A DNA stretch of 64,000 nucleotides from Octopus bimaculoides (lineage: Eukaryota), in NCBI RefSeq assembly GCF_001194135.2, contig NC_068985.1, positions 57,566,983 through 57,630,982 on the forward strand, read 5' to 3'. The translations under genes and the position numbers were made by a program. The notes beneath the pieces were generated by a model, which saw nothing but the letters and a program-made list of their open reading frames with translations, had not been told where the DNA came from and did no database searches. The stretch's first letter is position 1; the number at the start of each line of letters is the position of its first letter. This document shows, piece after piece, positions 13,153 to 25,761 of this stretch.

Positions 13153-13754
13153 NNNNNNNNNNNNNNNNNNNNNNNNNNNNNNNNNNNNNNNNNNNNNNNN
13201 NNNNNNNNNNNNNNNNNNNNNNNNNNNNNNNNNNNNNNNNNNNNNNNNNNNNNNNNNNNNNNNNNNNNNNNNNNNNNNNNNNNNNNNNNNNNNNNNNNNN
13301 NNNNNNNNNNNNNNNNNNNNNNNNNNNNNNNNNNNNNNNNNNNNNNNNNNNNNNNNNNNNNNNNNNNNNNNNNNNNNNNNNNNNNNNNNNNNNNNNNNNN
13401 NNNNNNNNNNNNNNNNNNNNNNNNNNNNNNNNNNNNNNNNNNNNNNNNNNNNNNNNNNNNNTATATATGCTGGTTCGCTGGTTGATATCTCCAATTCCAC
13501 TTTAGAAACATTAAAAGTGAGATGCGGATATAGTTAACAAAAGAGATGCAAGATGAACTCTATTAATACAAAGAGTGAGAGGAACCTGGAAGAGGTAGTA
13601 AATGACGGTGTAAATATGGTAAGTTATACGAATGAAAGATATTTTACAATTGATTATATTTTAAGGTAAGATGTATTTCTCTTTTGAAAATTAGTATTCA
13701 TTTCATCATTTTGGGTAGGCACGAAAAATGTTGATAAATGTTAGCTATAATTTT

Positions 13755-13817
13755 CAAGACGGTGTCCAAGTATGGCCGCAGTTTAACGCCTGAAACAAGT
13801 AAAAGATAAAAGATAAG
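13755..13817 (+). mobile_element. SINE family B 3' terminal fragment
   Basis: gtatggccgcagtttaacgcctgaaacaagtaaaagataaaagata. Confidence 0.65.
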
Positions 13818-14279
13818 ATTTAATTAATTTATGTAAGCCATAATTCCTGATATTACATATGGTGTGCAAACACACCATTTCGAAGTTTCTCTTCAAAAGA
13901 CTGGTAACACTAACGTTTAACATATATATCATACAAGAATAGATATATCATAATTCCTTCCAATTTGAATACTATGTTCATGTACAACATTAAATATATA
14001 TAGGCAAACCAGTGAGAGGCACACATATTCGTTGTCCGTTGAAATTACTTGCTGAAGTTCATGCTATATAGCAAGAAAAATTTGCCGTACATCAGGACTA
14101 ATTTGGTAAATGTAATCTCCGATACGACGGAAATTCAACGGAAAATCGATGATCTCCATCTTTTTTTGTCTTTCATTTCCAGTCTCTCGCCGGGATGACA
14201 AGTAAATCTTAAATATAGTTTTATCGAAACTAGGTTTTCATTCGCAACATGTGCACATGCACGAACTTAATCAAACACT

Positions 14280-14343
14280 CATCATACACCACACACACAC
14301 ACGCACACACACACACACACGCATAAATATGTAGAGAAACATA

Positions 14344-14417
<74 letters not shown>

Positions 14418-14647
14418 CGTGTGTGTATATGTATGTATGTATATGCGCGTGTGTGTGTATACATACACACATGTTTACGCACTCTTCATGGTGTAGATAT
14501 GCACACATGTTACTTATTGCAGTTAGTGTTCAGCTAGGTCAAAGTTGATTGCTTTCAAGGGAGTATATCTGTCTGCTCTGAACTACATATACACCTAAAA
14601 TCGATGAGCGAGTCATACACACGTCTTGTTGACAAATGTTTCATATG

Positions 14648-14710
<63 letters not shown>

Positions 14711-14790
14711 GATACATATATGTGTGTGTGTGCATGTGTGTGTGCGTGTGTGTGAGCCATTGTGTGTGTGTGTATGTGTATGTGTAAGTT
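14280..14790. repeat. Cluster of CA/TA/TG microsatellites
   Basis: Read directly. Confidence 0.9.
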
Positions 14791-14842
14791 TGTGTGAATA
14801 TTCTTAAGTGCGCGTGCGTGTGTTTGTGAGTACATACATATA

Positions 14843-15035
14843 CTTTCTCTTGCTTGTTGCAGTCATTTGACTGCAGCTATGCTAGGACACTGCCTTGAAG
14901 TGTTTAGTCGAACCAATAAAACCGAATCCCATGGTTTAAAACTTGGTATTTACTCTTTCAGTGCATTTTAATAAACCGCTAATTTATGGGGTGGGGATAA
15001 ACAAGTAAACAATGGTGTCCAGAGGTGTCGAGTCA
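14843..15035 (-). mobile_element. SINE family B, decayed 3' half
   Basis: gcagtcatttgactgcagctatgctaggacactgcc...aaaccgctaatttatgg is the reverse complement of the family B 3' domain. Confidence 0.65.
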
Positions 15036-15809
15036 CAATGACAGTAACACGGGCGCGCGTGAACATACGCACAGACGCAGTTCGGTTTCTCCCTATACTT
15101 CATCTGTTGCATTGTTCTAATGAAAAAATGATGAATTTTTTTTCATTATGAGGTTTTTTTCACGCTGACTACTTGATAAATTCTTATAAAGATTTTATCC
15201 TATATTATATTATAAATAATTAGAATATATTCAATGGTGAATATTATTCTGTATAAGCACATGTTACTGAGATGCAACCGGATAAATTCCAATCTCTTTA
15301 ACGGATATATAATTATGAACAGAAGTCATTGTACTGTGTTGGGTACATCGTGGTATGTTGATTCTTGTTTATTTTTATGTATCTCGACCATACGTGTACT
15401 GAAGAACAAAAGATGCAGGTTACTTCACAGTTATTCTGTATTGATTGAGAAACCAGTGGTTTGCCGTTAAGTTAAATGTTTTTAAGAGATAAATTTTGAA
15501 AGCTGCATTCCCTCGCTTTCGGTAAATATGTTGCTTATTTTTTGGTAGTTTTTGACTTATTTAGTCCCTCGAAGCGTGAGGCATTACTACACAGTTAATG
15601 CCCTTTATATANNNNNNNNNNNNNNNNNNNNNNNNNNNNNNNNNNNNNNNNNNNNNNNNNNNNNNNNNNNNNNNNNNNNNNNNNNNNNNNNNNNNNNNNN
15701 NNNNNNNNNNNNNNNNNNNNNNNNNNNNNNNNNNNNNNNNNNNNNNNNNNNNNNNNNNNNNNNNNNNNNNNNNNNNNNNNNNNNNNNNNNNNNNNNNNNN
15801 NNNNNNNNN

Positions 15810-15865
<56 letters not shown>

Positions 15866-16086
15866 CTTTATTTAAAAGCCGCAGAAATATAACATAAAAA
15901 AGCTATTACTGAGAATTTCACGTTCCCGTTCATCGGACAGTTTTGTCCGCTGGACGTGAACGTGAAACTCCGAGTAACAGTTTTTTGTTATATTTCAGCT
16001 ACTTTTAAATAAAGCATATTACTCTACTTCTGGTATTTGAGTACTCTTTTGCCACCTTGTTGCACACTTATGTGCTTACTCCAGTA
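15866..16086. mobile_element. Inverted pair of PLE terminal-repeat (pLTR)-like sequences forming a 149-bp hairpin (15866-16014) plus a short tail
   Basis: The ctttatttaaaag...cggacag arm is the reverse complement of tgtccg...cttttaaataaag. Each arm carries a hammerhead-like motif. Confidence 0.65.
15899..15944 (-). ncRNA. Minimal type-I hammerhead-like motif, degenerate core (CCGAUGA)
   Basis: aaaactgt CCGATGA ACG-GGAA-CGT GAAA ttctcag T A atagcttt. The plus-strand mirror copy (15944-15984) has ACG-TGAA-CGT GAAA CTCCGAG TA ACAGTTTT. Confidence 0.5.
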
Positions 16087-16098
16087 TATATATATATA

Positions 16099-17374
16099 TT
16101 ATGTCGTGAAGTATGAAATTTGTAGAAAAGAATAAAAAGTTTGCGAATGTTTTATAAATACAAAGAATAGTTTTATTCCAGAAAGTATGCTCCCATATTG
16201 TCAATACACTTTTGCTATTTTAGCGGTAGAATTTCTAGCCTGGAACTGTGAAGCCTGGCAATCTAGAGTCAATAAACTCTTGGACGGTCTGTTTTACAGC
16301 ATAGTCGGAATTAAATGTTTTTCCTATCAAATAGTTATCCAAATTCTGGAAGAAGTGGTGGTCAATGGGGGCAAGATCAGGTGAGCATGGTGTGTGATGG
16401 ATTACCTCCAACTCCAACTTCTGTAGTTTCGCTAATGTCGTTTTTATGAGGTGTGGTTTGGAGTTGCCTTGCAATAAAATAAGAGTAGATCTGTTGACTA
16501 ATCTAGGCTGTTTTTTGTAAGTTTCTGCAGCATTTTGTCCACTTGGCTGCAGTATACTTCGGCCGTAGTTGATGATCGAGGTTTAAGGAAATCATAATGG
16601 AACACACTTGCGCCAGTCCACCAAACCTACACCATCAGATTTTTTTTTTATGAATTTTGCTTTTTGGATTGTTTTGGTGGCTCTTCTTTGTCCAGCCATT
16701 GTGCTGAACATTTACGTTTGTTGTATTGGATCCATTTCTCATCACGTTACAATTCGATTAAAAAATAATTCATTTTTGAGACGAGAACGTAGCGTAATGC
16801 AGACTTCCAAACCTTGCTGTTTCTGATTTTCTTGGAGTTCATGAGGAACCTACGTATCCAAATTTTTCACTTTACCGATTTGAACAAGGTGATTCAGTAT
16901 TGTTTGCTTGCTAACACCAAATAGCAACGATAATTCACAGGCACTTTAAGATGGATCTGCCACGACGGTAGCTTTCAATTCGTCATTATTCACCTTTGTT
17001 CCTGGTCGACCGCTTTCCTCATTTGTGAGGTCAAAGTTACCTGAACGAAATTTTGGAAAGCAATTTGATTCTAACGTAACAACGTAATAACATTAGAATA
17101 AAATACTCCATTAATATTCTGAGCTGTCTCTGCTGCTGTATTTCCAAGAAAGAACTCATCTTTCAAAACTGTACGAATTTCCAACTTATCCACTTCTAAA
17201 CAAAAATAGCAAAATGCGATTTATAAATAATTTATAAAGCGGAAAATGAGTTAGAATGAAGAAATAGACGTGTCAGCTTTCTGACAAAAAATAAAGATTG
17301 TGAAAATATGATTATGGCGCAAAATGAGCAGCTGTCAAAATTTACCATATACCTTACTACAAATGATGACCTAA
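16099..17374 (-). mobile_element. Near-full-length mariner (cecropia/Hsmar1-like, D34D spacing), pseudogenised
   Basis: About 1.28 kb between TA sites. N-terminal KLEIRTVLKDEFFLGNTAAETAQNI; ESGRP; VPHEL; RIVT-DEKWI; VWWTGASVFHYDFL; QGNSKPH...SPDLAPID with 34 residues between the (mutated) second D and the third D. Many stops and frameshifts. Confidence 0.9.
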
Positions 17375-17434
17375 TATATATTTTTAATGTATACAGTATA
17401 TACATATGAGCTTCTGATAATTTCATACATTAGA

Positions 17435-17722
17435 GATATTATCTAGGCAGGTTATAAAAGACGCCTACTGTCTCCAAATAATATTTAGGCACTGGGCACA
17501 CGTCATATACGATTTACAAGTCAAGATAATAGAACAAGAGAAACCACGAGACAAAACGAGATGAAGATGGGTTTTGTCTTCTTTAGATTATCTCACTCTT
17601 TCAACCCATGTTCTTCTCGTGGTTTCACCTGATGTCTCTTGTATTATCGCATTCACCCTGTGCCCAGAGCCCGAAATTGATTAAAGACACTAGGAGTGGT
17701 TTATACCCAACTAGTTAATAAC
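17435..17722. repeat. Imperfect long inverted repeat (two diverged copies of one unclassified repeat)
   Basis: ggcactgggcaca (17488) / tgtgcccagagcc (17659) 12/13; gaaaccacgaga (17540) / tctcgtggtttc (17615) 12/12; outer flanks also similar. Confidence 0.65.
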
Positions 17723-17746
17723 TTCATTGCATGAAACTATTAGTAG

Positions 17747-17824
<78 letters not shown>

Positions 17825-19659
17825 NNNNNNNNNNNNNNNNNNNNNNNNNNNNNNNNNNNNNNNNNNNNNNNNNNNNNNNNNNNNNNNNNNNNNNNNNNNN
17901 NNNNNNNNNNNNNNNNNNNNNNNNNNNNNNNNNNNNNNNNNNNNNNNNNNNNNNNNNNNNNNNNNNNNNNNNNNNNNNNNNNNNNNNNNNNNNNNNNNNN
18001 NNNNNNNNNNNNNNNNNNNNNNNNNNNNNNNNNNNNNNNNNNNNNNNNNNNNNNNNNNNNNNNNTATATATATATATATATACATATATATATGTGCGTG
18101 TGTGTGTATGTTGTGTGTGTGTATACATATTATATAAGTTTTCTTCGGCCTGATGAATTGCTAGTGAAATACCTTGCGCTGAGTAATTATTAGTTCCGAG
18201 GATTCACTAGCTAGGAACCATATGTAACCTGGATTTTACCAGCTCCTATCCTGCATTTTGGATATATATATATTTTCCCGAAAGATAGATACTTTAAGCG
18301 TAAAGACAGTCTGAAATACAATTTCAGCCATCCGACCTGTCTTACAATTACAATCTATGTGTAATATGGGCAGGTCCATGAATAGCACAAAGTAATGCTC
18401 AAATTTACAGAAATAGATGTTATTATGTGTATTAGGGAAAATAATATTTCGCTTAACATTTAATTAATGTGCATAGTTAGTATGTTTCGTACGTGACAAA
18501 TGTTTGCGTAACTCTGACCTACAGTGAAATATGATCATATATAGTTCACAACATGATAATGACTTCATTAAAAGTGAACCCAAAGATGGTGTCACTATTA
18601 TTCTTAAAGCACTTAGAAAGTATTGCATGAAAAAAAGTTATATGAAAAATTAAAAAAAATAGATAAGCGCCTGTAAGCTCAAACCATCCTTATAATCAAA
18701 ATCACGAAACACACATTACCAACATGCTCGAATGGAGTTTTCCATGACTCATCCATTTGCTCCTCTCTAAACTGATTTCTCTATGGACTTATGGCAGTAA
18801 ATGTATTCTTTTGTATTAGATGATTTTTGACACTGGCCAAGTGGTCTGAACATATCTCATACCAGCAAACACATTTTCGTTCTTGAACCACCTGAGTTCC
18901 TGCCTATTCCACACATTTTTACTCAATAAAAATGCTCCATCTTCATCGATCTAATCTTTAACATGGAACAGAACAAAAATAAATGAATAAACAAATACAA
19001 TAAAGAACACGAAAGAAAAAATATCGGATGGATTTTTTTTTTTTATTTGGTATAGTCTTTCGCTTCAAAAATAAAATTTCGTGGCAGCTGAATACGGCAG
19101 TGACATTTTGTTTTTATGAGAATAGTTCTTTCCCTTTGGTGTCAACAGTTTTATTGTTTAGCATATAAAAATCCAAGTGTTGCTTCCATATAAGCATTCT
19201 AACACTACGTTGACGTATTACTTTCCGAGTCCAATGATATATATATATATATAAATCTGCAATTTTTTTTCCAGCTTCAGCTAGGAAATGCTGAGAAATT
19301 GCTGACTGTTGTCCAGATATCAACTCTTTACTTTCCAAGAAGCAAATACACTAATTTGCTTTTACTGTGAAATCTTTGCACTAATTTCGATGGCTTTGGA
19401 CCAATTTAAGTGCTCAAATAGGAATGTTACTTCCAGTATTCTTTACAATTTTACCGACTACCATTAGTTTAAACTTCTAAATACGACACACTTCACACAC
19501 ATGAAATAAGATAATGATAGTAACTCGCTGAACAACATACACGAAGGATTTGTTTATAGTAAGCAAAAGTTTGCGCTGGACATTAGCACTTTACTTTCAA
19601 CAAATCGACATTGCTCGTACAGGTGTACAGTGTACTATAGGTATGGGATCGATGTGGTC

Positions 19660-19790
19660 AGAGAGCAATGTGAGACGAAGTATTTTGCTCAAGAAACGCA
19701 ACGCACAATCCGCTTCATGAACTGAAACCACGATTTCGCGATCGTGAGTGCAACATCTTAATCACTATGCTATGCGAACTTACATACACA
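19660..19790 (-). mobile_element. tRNA-derived SINE family C, 5' fragment
   Basis: Reverse complement gatgttgcactcacgatcgcgaaatcgtggtttc...ttcttgagcaaaatacttc matches 54160-54260. Confidence 0.65.
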
Positions 19791-20652
19791 CATATAGAAA
19801 CACATATGCATGTATGTCTGTGTGTGTGTATTTGTGCTTATTTAGATATACCAATTGAGAAGGTCATGACAATCTTTCCAGTTGGTAATTCCTTTAAGCA
19901 TATAAAGTCCCTGCTTTAAATAGTTCCTATATACAAGAACAGACAATCTTTCTCATACGCTAGCGTGCAATAAGATTTCTAACATATTAATGTGTAGTTG
20001 ATATATTGCCTTTGGTTAGTGCAGACAAGCATCTATCGTCTCTACTAAAGCATATATCAATGATATTTGACTGTTTAGTAAAACGGTAAGATCAGATAAT
20101 ACTATTGAATCTCTGATTTATATCAATACCGTGTCTGCTATATAGCTAAATATGCTTCTTTTATATATATTATAGCATATGCACACAAGCTCAAACACAT
20201 TCACTCAAATGTATTTTATATATATTTTCACATACAGACGCGCGCAAACGTACTCACCCATAAACACGGTGATTTGCAAAAAGGAAAAAGACAAAACAAA
20301 ATCATAATCAAATGACCAATGAAAGTATGACTTAGAGGGTAGGTCGCCTTGCATAGAATGTGCAATCAGTTGAATGTGTTTACAGAAGTCATTAAGTGGA
20401 AAGAGGAGGAATACTACTTAGAGGGTAACTGAAGCAGGGTAGGTCTAGGAATAAAATTCCTTTAGCCATCATATACAAGAGCAATTACATGCATGTATGC
20501 ATGCGCGTGAACACATAGATTCTGTACATGTGTATGTGTCTTTTTGTTTTTAAATTCACATTTTATTAAACAATTTTTTAATGTTTTTCCACAATCTCCA
20601 AGGTGCCCCCCATTTTCTAATTTTTCATATATAAGTGTAAGTATGCATGTAT

Positions 20653-20985
20653 GAAGTTTTTCCGTTTTTCTCAAAGGCTGTCATTACTTTCGAGACAGTA
20701 CTTCTTGATACACCAAACATTACGGCTGTTTTCGCTACTCTAGCACCTGCCATACGAGCACCAACAATTTGACTTCTTTGAAAGTCCGATAGATTTGTCA
20801 TTTTCATGAATTTTAATTACTTTTTTCTGATGTTATCTGAAAGGAAACATCAATTTTGCAAAACATATTAAACAGTATTAGTAATAAATCAAAAAACAAG
20901 TGAACTAGCTTTTCACGGTTTTGTAGACATTTCAAAATTATGATTCTATGATACTAGGTGTTTCCACTATTTTATCCAACCCCTG
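20653..20985 (-). mobile_element. Tc1-family transposon 5' fragment with TIR
   Basis: TA|caggggttggataaaatagtggaaacacc terminus at 20985; MTNLSDFQRSQIVGARMAGARVAKTAVMFGVSRSTVSKV (paired-like HTH, ORF 20625-20807). Confidence 0.85.
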
Positions 20986-22346
20986 TATATACATATATAT
21001 ATATTTGTATCTTGGTTTTACACTTAAATACTATTGTGTGCCTTTTATTACCTCCTAGTCGGCTTTTAACCCATGATCAATGTCTTCCAATGGTTTATCT
21101 CAGTTACTGTTCGAAAACTTTTATGCCGTCAGTTCCTCCCGTTGACGTCCTTGGGTAAAGGAATTTTATCGTTAAACCTACTCACCTTCATTGCACCTTT
21201 ACCCAGAAATCGTCTTCTTGGCACTTAACGTTTGTTAACATATCCACACTATTTTCCATTTTAGGTCACCTACCCTCTAACGAATACATTGATCAGTCAT
21301 GTATTTTGATTTTTGTTTTTTCATCATTCTTTTTCAACTTGCCACTCGTGCTGTGGCTAGTTTAATAATTCATTTTCTCTTCTCCACTGAGCAATGTAAA
21401 GAATGTAGAAATTATTGTACCTGGAGATTAACTAAGCTGTTTGTATGTGTGTGTGTGTTACAACTAGTGTAACAAGCCTCACTTCTGTATGAAATAGTCG
21501 TTGTCTGTATTTTACCCGTTTCATTCCTTACTTCTCTTGGTATATGTATATATATACGCACATATGTACTTAAGTATACTGTCAAGCATCGACCAAAAGT
21601 GAGGTGATTAGATTTAGCTATTTTACCTGACTCTGGGTGGAGAAGTAGTATGTACCTAGCAGGTTAGGAAGAGCATATAGTAATGTAGTAGTCCCAGACG
21701 ACAATATTATAAATGGAGGAAAGAGAGCATCAGCCAACATATAACGGTAATCTGCTGCCGAGTGAAACTTAACTAATAAGACAAATGGCTTTCATGTTCT
21801 ACATTATTACTATCATAAAGAAAATTAAATATAAAATAATTTCTATATTGATTTCGTACTCAGTATTATCTCAATATATGTACAACTAAATTCGTAATTG
21901 TAATATTATGTTTCATTCTCTATAGAAGAGTTAAAACATAGTTTTCAGAACAATCAATTTTATTTGATATTAAAACTGAAATAGCAAAATCTATATTTTA
22001 CGTTCCAGTGGATTGTCGACCAACTCGGTTATTGGTGTCTGAATTTGCATTCATAGTCTTCTCATTTATTCGAATCATTTCAATTATATTTCGTATTCAG
22101 AGCATAAAATTACTTTTCATCCATGAATGAATCATTAAATTGTTGACAAGCGAAAGTCCGTACAAATTAATAATATAGCATTTACTAATAATGTTATAAT
22201 TGGTGACAAATAAATAACGGAACACCACTGCAAAATTTAATGTCATGCGTGGATCTGACAAACAATCACGCACACATAACATATGTCTCTGTGCATTTGA
22301 GATCCTACGCATGACATACATATGTTAATAACAACAACACTAGTTA

Positions 22347-22890
22347 TTTCTATTATAGACAGAAGGACTGGAATTTTGAGATGAGGAGAAGTCGATTGCA
22401 GAGACCCTAGTACTTGACTGGTATTTATTTCATCGGCCTCGAATTGATAATAAGCAAAGCGGACCTCGGCGGAATTTAAACTTAGAACATATACTCGGAA
22501 GAAATACTGTTAAATATTTTCACTGGCATGCTAACAGTAATAATAATAATCTTTTCTACTATAAACACAAGGTCTGAAATTTGGGGGAGGGGTATAGTCG
22601 ACTACATCGACCCCAGTGTTTCACTAGTATTTAACTTATCGAGCTTGAAAGGATGGAAGGAAAAGTTGTCCTCGGCGGAATTTGAATACTGAAAGAAGAG
22701 ACGGACGCAATACCACTGAGCATTTCACCCAGCCATTCAACCCAGAAGTGATGAGAGGCAAAGTCAGTCTGGCAGAATTTGAACTCAAACGTGTCCGGAG
22801 CGATAACCATACTGCCAGCTAAATAATCATTTGTACATGTGCTAAAACCTTGGAATAAAGGGCTTATCGATTACACCGAAGCCAGTGATC
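22347..22890 (-). mobile_element. Cluster of 3-4 same-orientation SINE family A copies or fragments
   Basis: Repeated gacctcggcggaattt(g/a)aact and gtcgactacatcgacccc motifs at about 22347-22536, 22551-22730 and 22745-22820; the first two are separated by (TAA)n. Confidence 0.75.
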
Positions 22891-22949
22891 CGCATCACAG
22901 TAATTTACAAGATGTTTCTTTATAAATACCAATTATTTCTTTGTTTACC

Positions 22950-24180
22950 TGCGAGAATTCTTTGAAGTCCACGTGATTTCACTAAAGAGGAAGAACCACC
23001 CCAGGTTTTTTCGTCGCATTTTCGTGGGGTTTACCCTTCTTTTGGGGGCTTTCTCTTTATTTCGTATTTTCATTTCGGTTTTCCTGCTTCTTCTTTTGGC
23101 ATGAGAGAACGATTGCGGTGGTTCTCTTGGGTGTTATGGTTGGAAGCTGAATCACTGCTCACTAAACTCCAGTCCCCGGCACAAAGTAATGCCCTGCAGC
23201 AAATACTTTTGGAAGTGATACTAATGTTGCTGACTCAGTTACTCTCTGCCGCTTTCCTTTCTTTTATACTTACAAAGCATCTCTCTTATCAATTGATTTT
23301 AATTTCCTCAAGTGAAGAACTAGAACTTTTGTCTTACTCCTAATGTCTTATTTCCTTTGTCTGTATTTCCTTAAGTGAGTAAGTACAGCTCTGGTAGGTG
23401 TATATGACAGTCGGCGGAATTTACAACTTGCAATTCAAAGTTGATCACGCTTTGATTTCACCTGCACTAACTCTATTCTGATACTTCAATATGAATGAGA
23501 GAAATACATGTCGTTTACAGAAGTTAAAGATCATGAAGAACAATAACTAAATTTTTTGGCACCAAAGCATTTCAGAGCGTAAACATACGACGCTCAAATG
23601 CATTCAACGTTGAATAATCGAGATCAAGAAATCAAAACTAAATCAGCAAGAGAAAAATATTACAAATCTATTCCAGACTAAATAGAACAATAGATAATAT
23701 CATAAAACTTACCCCTCTCAATCGAAATAAAGACCCTCAATATTTCCAGTAGTTCTCTTCCTAAATCCTAAATACCCACGACTATGTTATGTTATTTCTT
23801 CTTTGTCCTCTCTTGGAATCGATCCTACAACATTGAAACTGTGTCTGGTTGTACACAGTTCACCAACATAAATCATCTAGCAGGAAATTTACCTTATTTG
23901 TTCTATGAATATAGAAGCACAGTAAATCCTTAATACTACTTGTATATGCACTGTCCATCCACGAGTCACTTCGTAACCACGAAATTTCAAATTATTTGTT
24001 AACAATCAATTCATTTGAGGGTTATTTCTAGGATCATATTATCCAAAGTAGCTTTTCCCTTAATGAGTATTTATAGAATTTGCTCACTATTTCTAGCTAC
24101 TGGAAGTGTCTTTCTCAGCATAAGGTCGATTGTCTAGACAGGGAAAGAAGATTATGAGACAAATTATGCAATAACATTAT
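22950..24180 (-). mobile_element. Highly decayed Penelope-like element (GIY-YIG-like remnant plus pLTR)
   Basis: Minus strand has YDPRN and C*MIYVGE-like remnants near 24050-23850. Downstream is a GAGCGT/ACGCTC hairpin followed by tGAAAtgc (hammerhead relic). Protein similarity is weak. Confidence 0.4.
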
Positions 24181-24405
24181 GGAATGTGAAGGTGGATTAA
24201 ATATCTATGTTATATATTCATGAAGAGATCATACAGATTTCTAACAGCAACGAAATAAATGCGATCTGTGAAAAAAACACTTCCTTGGCGTCATTAGACA
24301 TACATACTTACATACACAGATACATATAATCACAAGCACACGCATACGTAAATATGCATGTATACATATATGTAAATTTAGTGTGTATGTATATATATAC
24401 ATCTA

Positions 24406-24446
<41 letters not shown>

Positions 24447-25723
24447 TGTATTATGCATCTATATATGTATATATATANNNNNNNNNNNNNNNNNNNNNNN
24501 NNNNNNNNNNNNNNNNNNNNNNNNNNNNNNNNNNNNNNNNNNNNNNNNNNNNNNNNNNNNNNNNNNNNNNNNNNNNNNNNNNNNNNNNNNNNNNNNNNNN
24601 NNNNNNNNNNNNNNNNNNNNNNNNNNNNNNNNNNNNNNNNNNNNNNNNNNNNNNNNNNNNNNNNNNNNNNNNNNNNNNNNNNNNNNNNNNNNNNNNNNNN
24701 NNNNNNNNNNNNNNNNNNNNNNNNNNNNNNNNNNNNNNNNNNNNNNNNNNNNNNNNNNNNNNNNNNNNNNNNNNNNNNNNNNNNNNNNNNNNNNNNNNNN
24801 NNNNNNNNNNNNNNNNNNNNNNNNNNNNNNNNNNNNNNNNNNNNNNNNNNNNNNNNNNNNNNNNNNNNNNNNNNNNNNNNNNNNNNNNNNNNNNNNNNNN
24901 NNNNNNNNNNNNNNNNNNNNNNNNNNNNNNNNNNNNNNNNNNNNNNNNNNNNNNNNNNNNNNNNNNNNNNNNNNNNNNNNNNNNNNNNNNNNNNNNNNNN
25001 NNNNNNNNNNNNNNNNNNNNNNNNNNNNNNNNNNNNNNNNNNNNNNNNNNNNNNNNNNNNNNNNNNNNNNNNNNNNNNNNNNNNNNNNNNNNNNNNNNNN
25101 NNNNNNNNNNNNNNNNNNNNNNNNNNNNNNNNNNNNNNNNNNNNNNNNNNNNNNNNNNNNNNNNNNNNNNNNNNNNNNNNNNNNNNNNNNNNNNNNNNNN
25201 NNNNNNNNNNNNNNNNNNNNNNNNNNNNNNNNNNNNNNNNNNNNNNNNNNNNNNNNNNNNNNNNNNNNNNNNNNNNNNNNNNNNNNNNNNNNNNNNNNNN
25301 NNNNNNNNNNNNNNNNNNNNNNNNNNNNNNNNNNNNNNNNNNNNNNNNNNNNNNNNNNNNNNNNNNNNNNNNNNNNNNNNNNNATATACAACTCTATATG
25401 AAACTATGCAGGTATATAGATATTTATGTATGTATCTATATCTATACGCACCTGTCTTTCAATCTTTCAATCTGTCTATCTATCTATATATATATTATTA
25501 AAAAATATGGCAAAAAATCATATATTAATTAATATCGATTAATTACCAGGAAGCTACACAGGCATATACACCATATAAGAAAAATCTTCCAATTTCCTGA
25601 GATGTCCTACATTAAGACATAGTTTCCTTCCATTGTTTTTGCGAATTCTTAATTCCTGCTTCACGGTTGTTTCGGATTTTATCTATCTTCTTGATAACTC
25701 GCTGTCACACGTTCATGCAGTTT

Positions 25724-25761
<38 letters not shown>

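Noticed and set aside
18145-18215. CTGATGA-N9-GAAA hammerhead signature
   Set aside because: Stem III and the NUH triplet cannot be placed consistently with a stem I. It may be a PLE relic but is unsupported.
18863-18950. Possible 88-nt minus-strand exon IDEDGAFLLSKNVWNRQELRWFKNENVFA
   Set aside because: Good donor but weak acceptor, with no partner exon or homology recognised.
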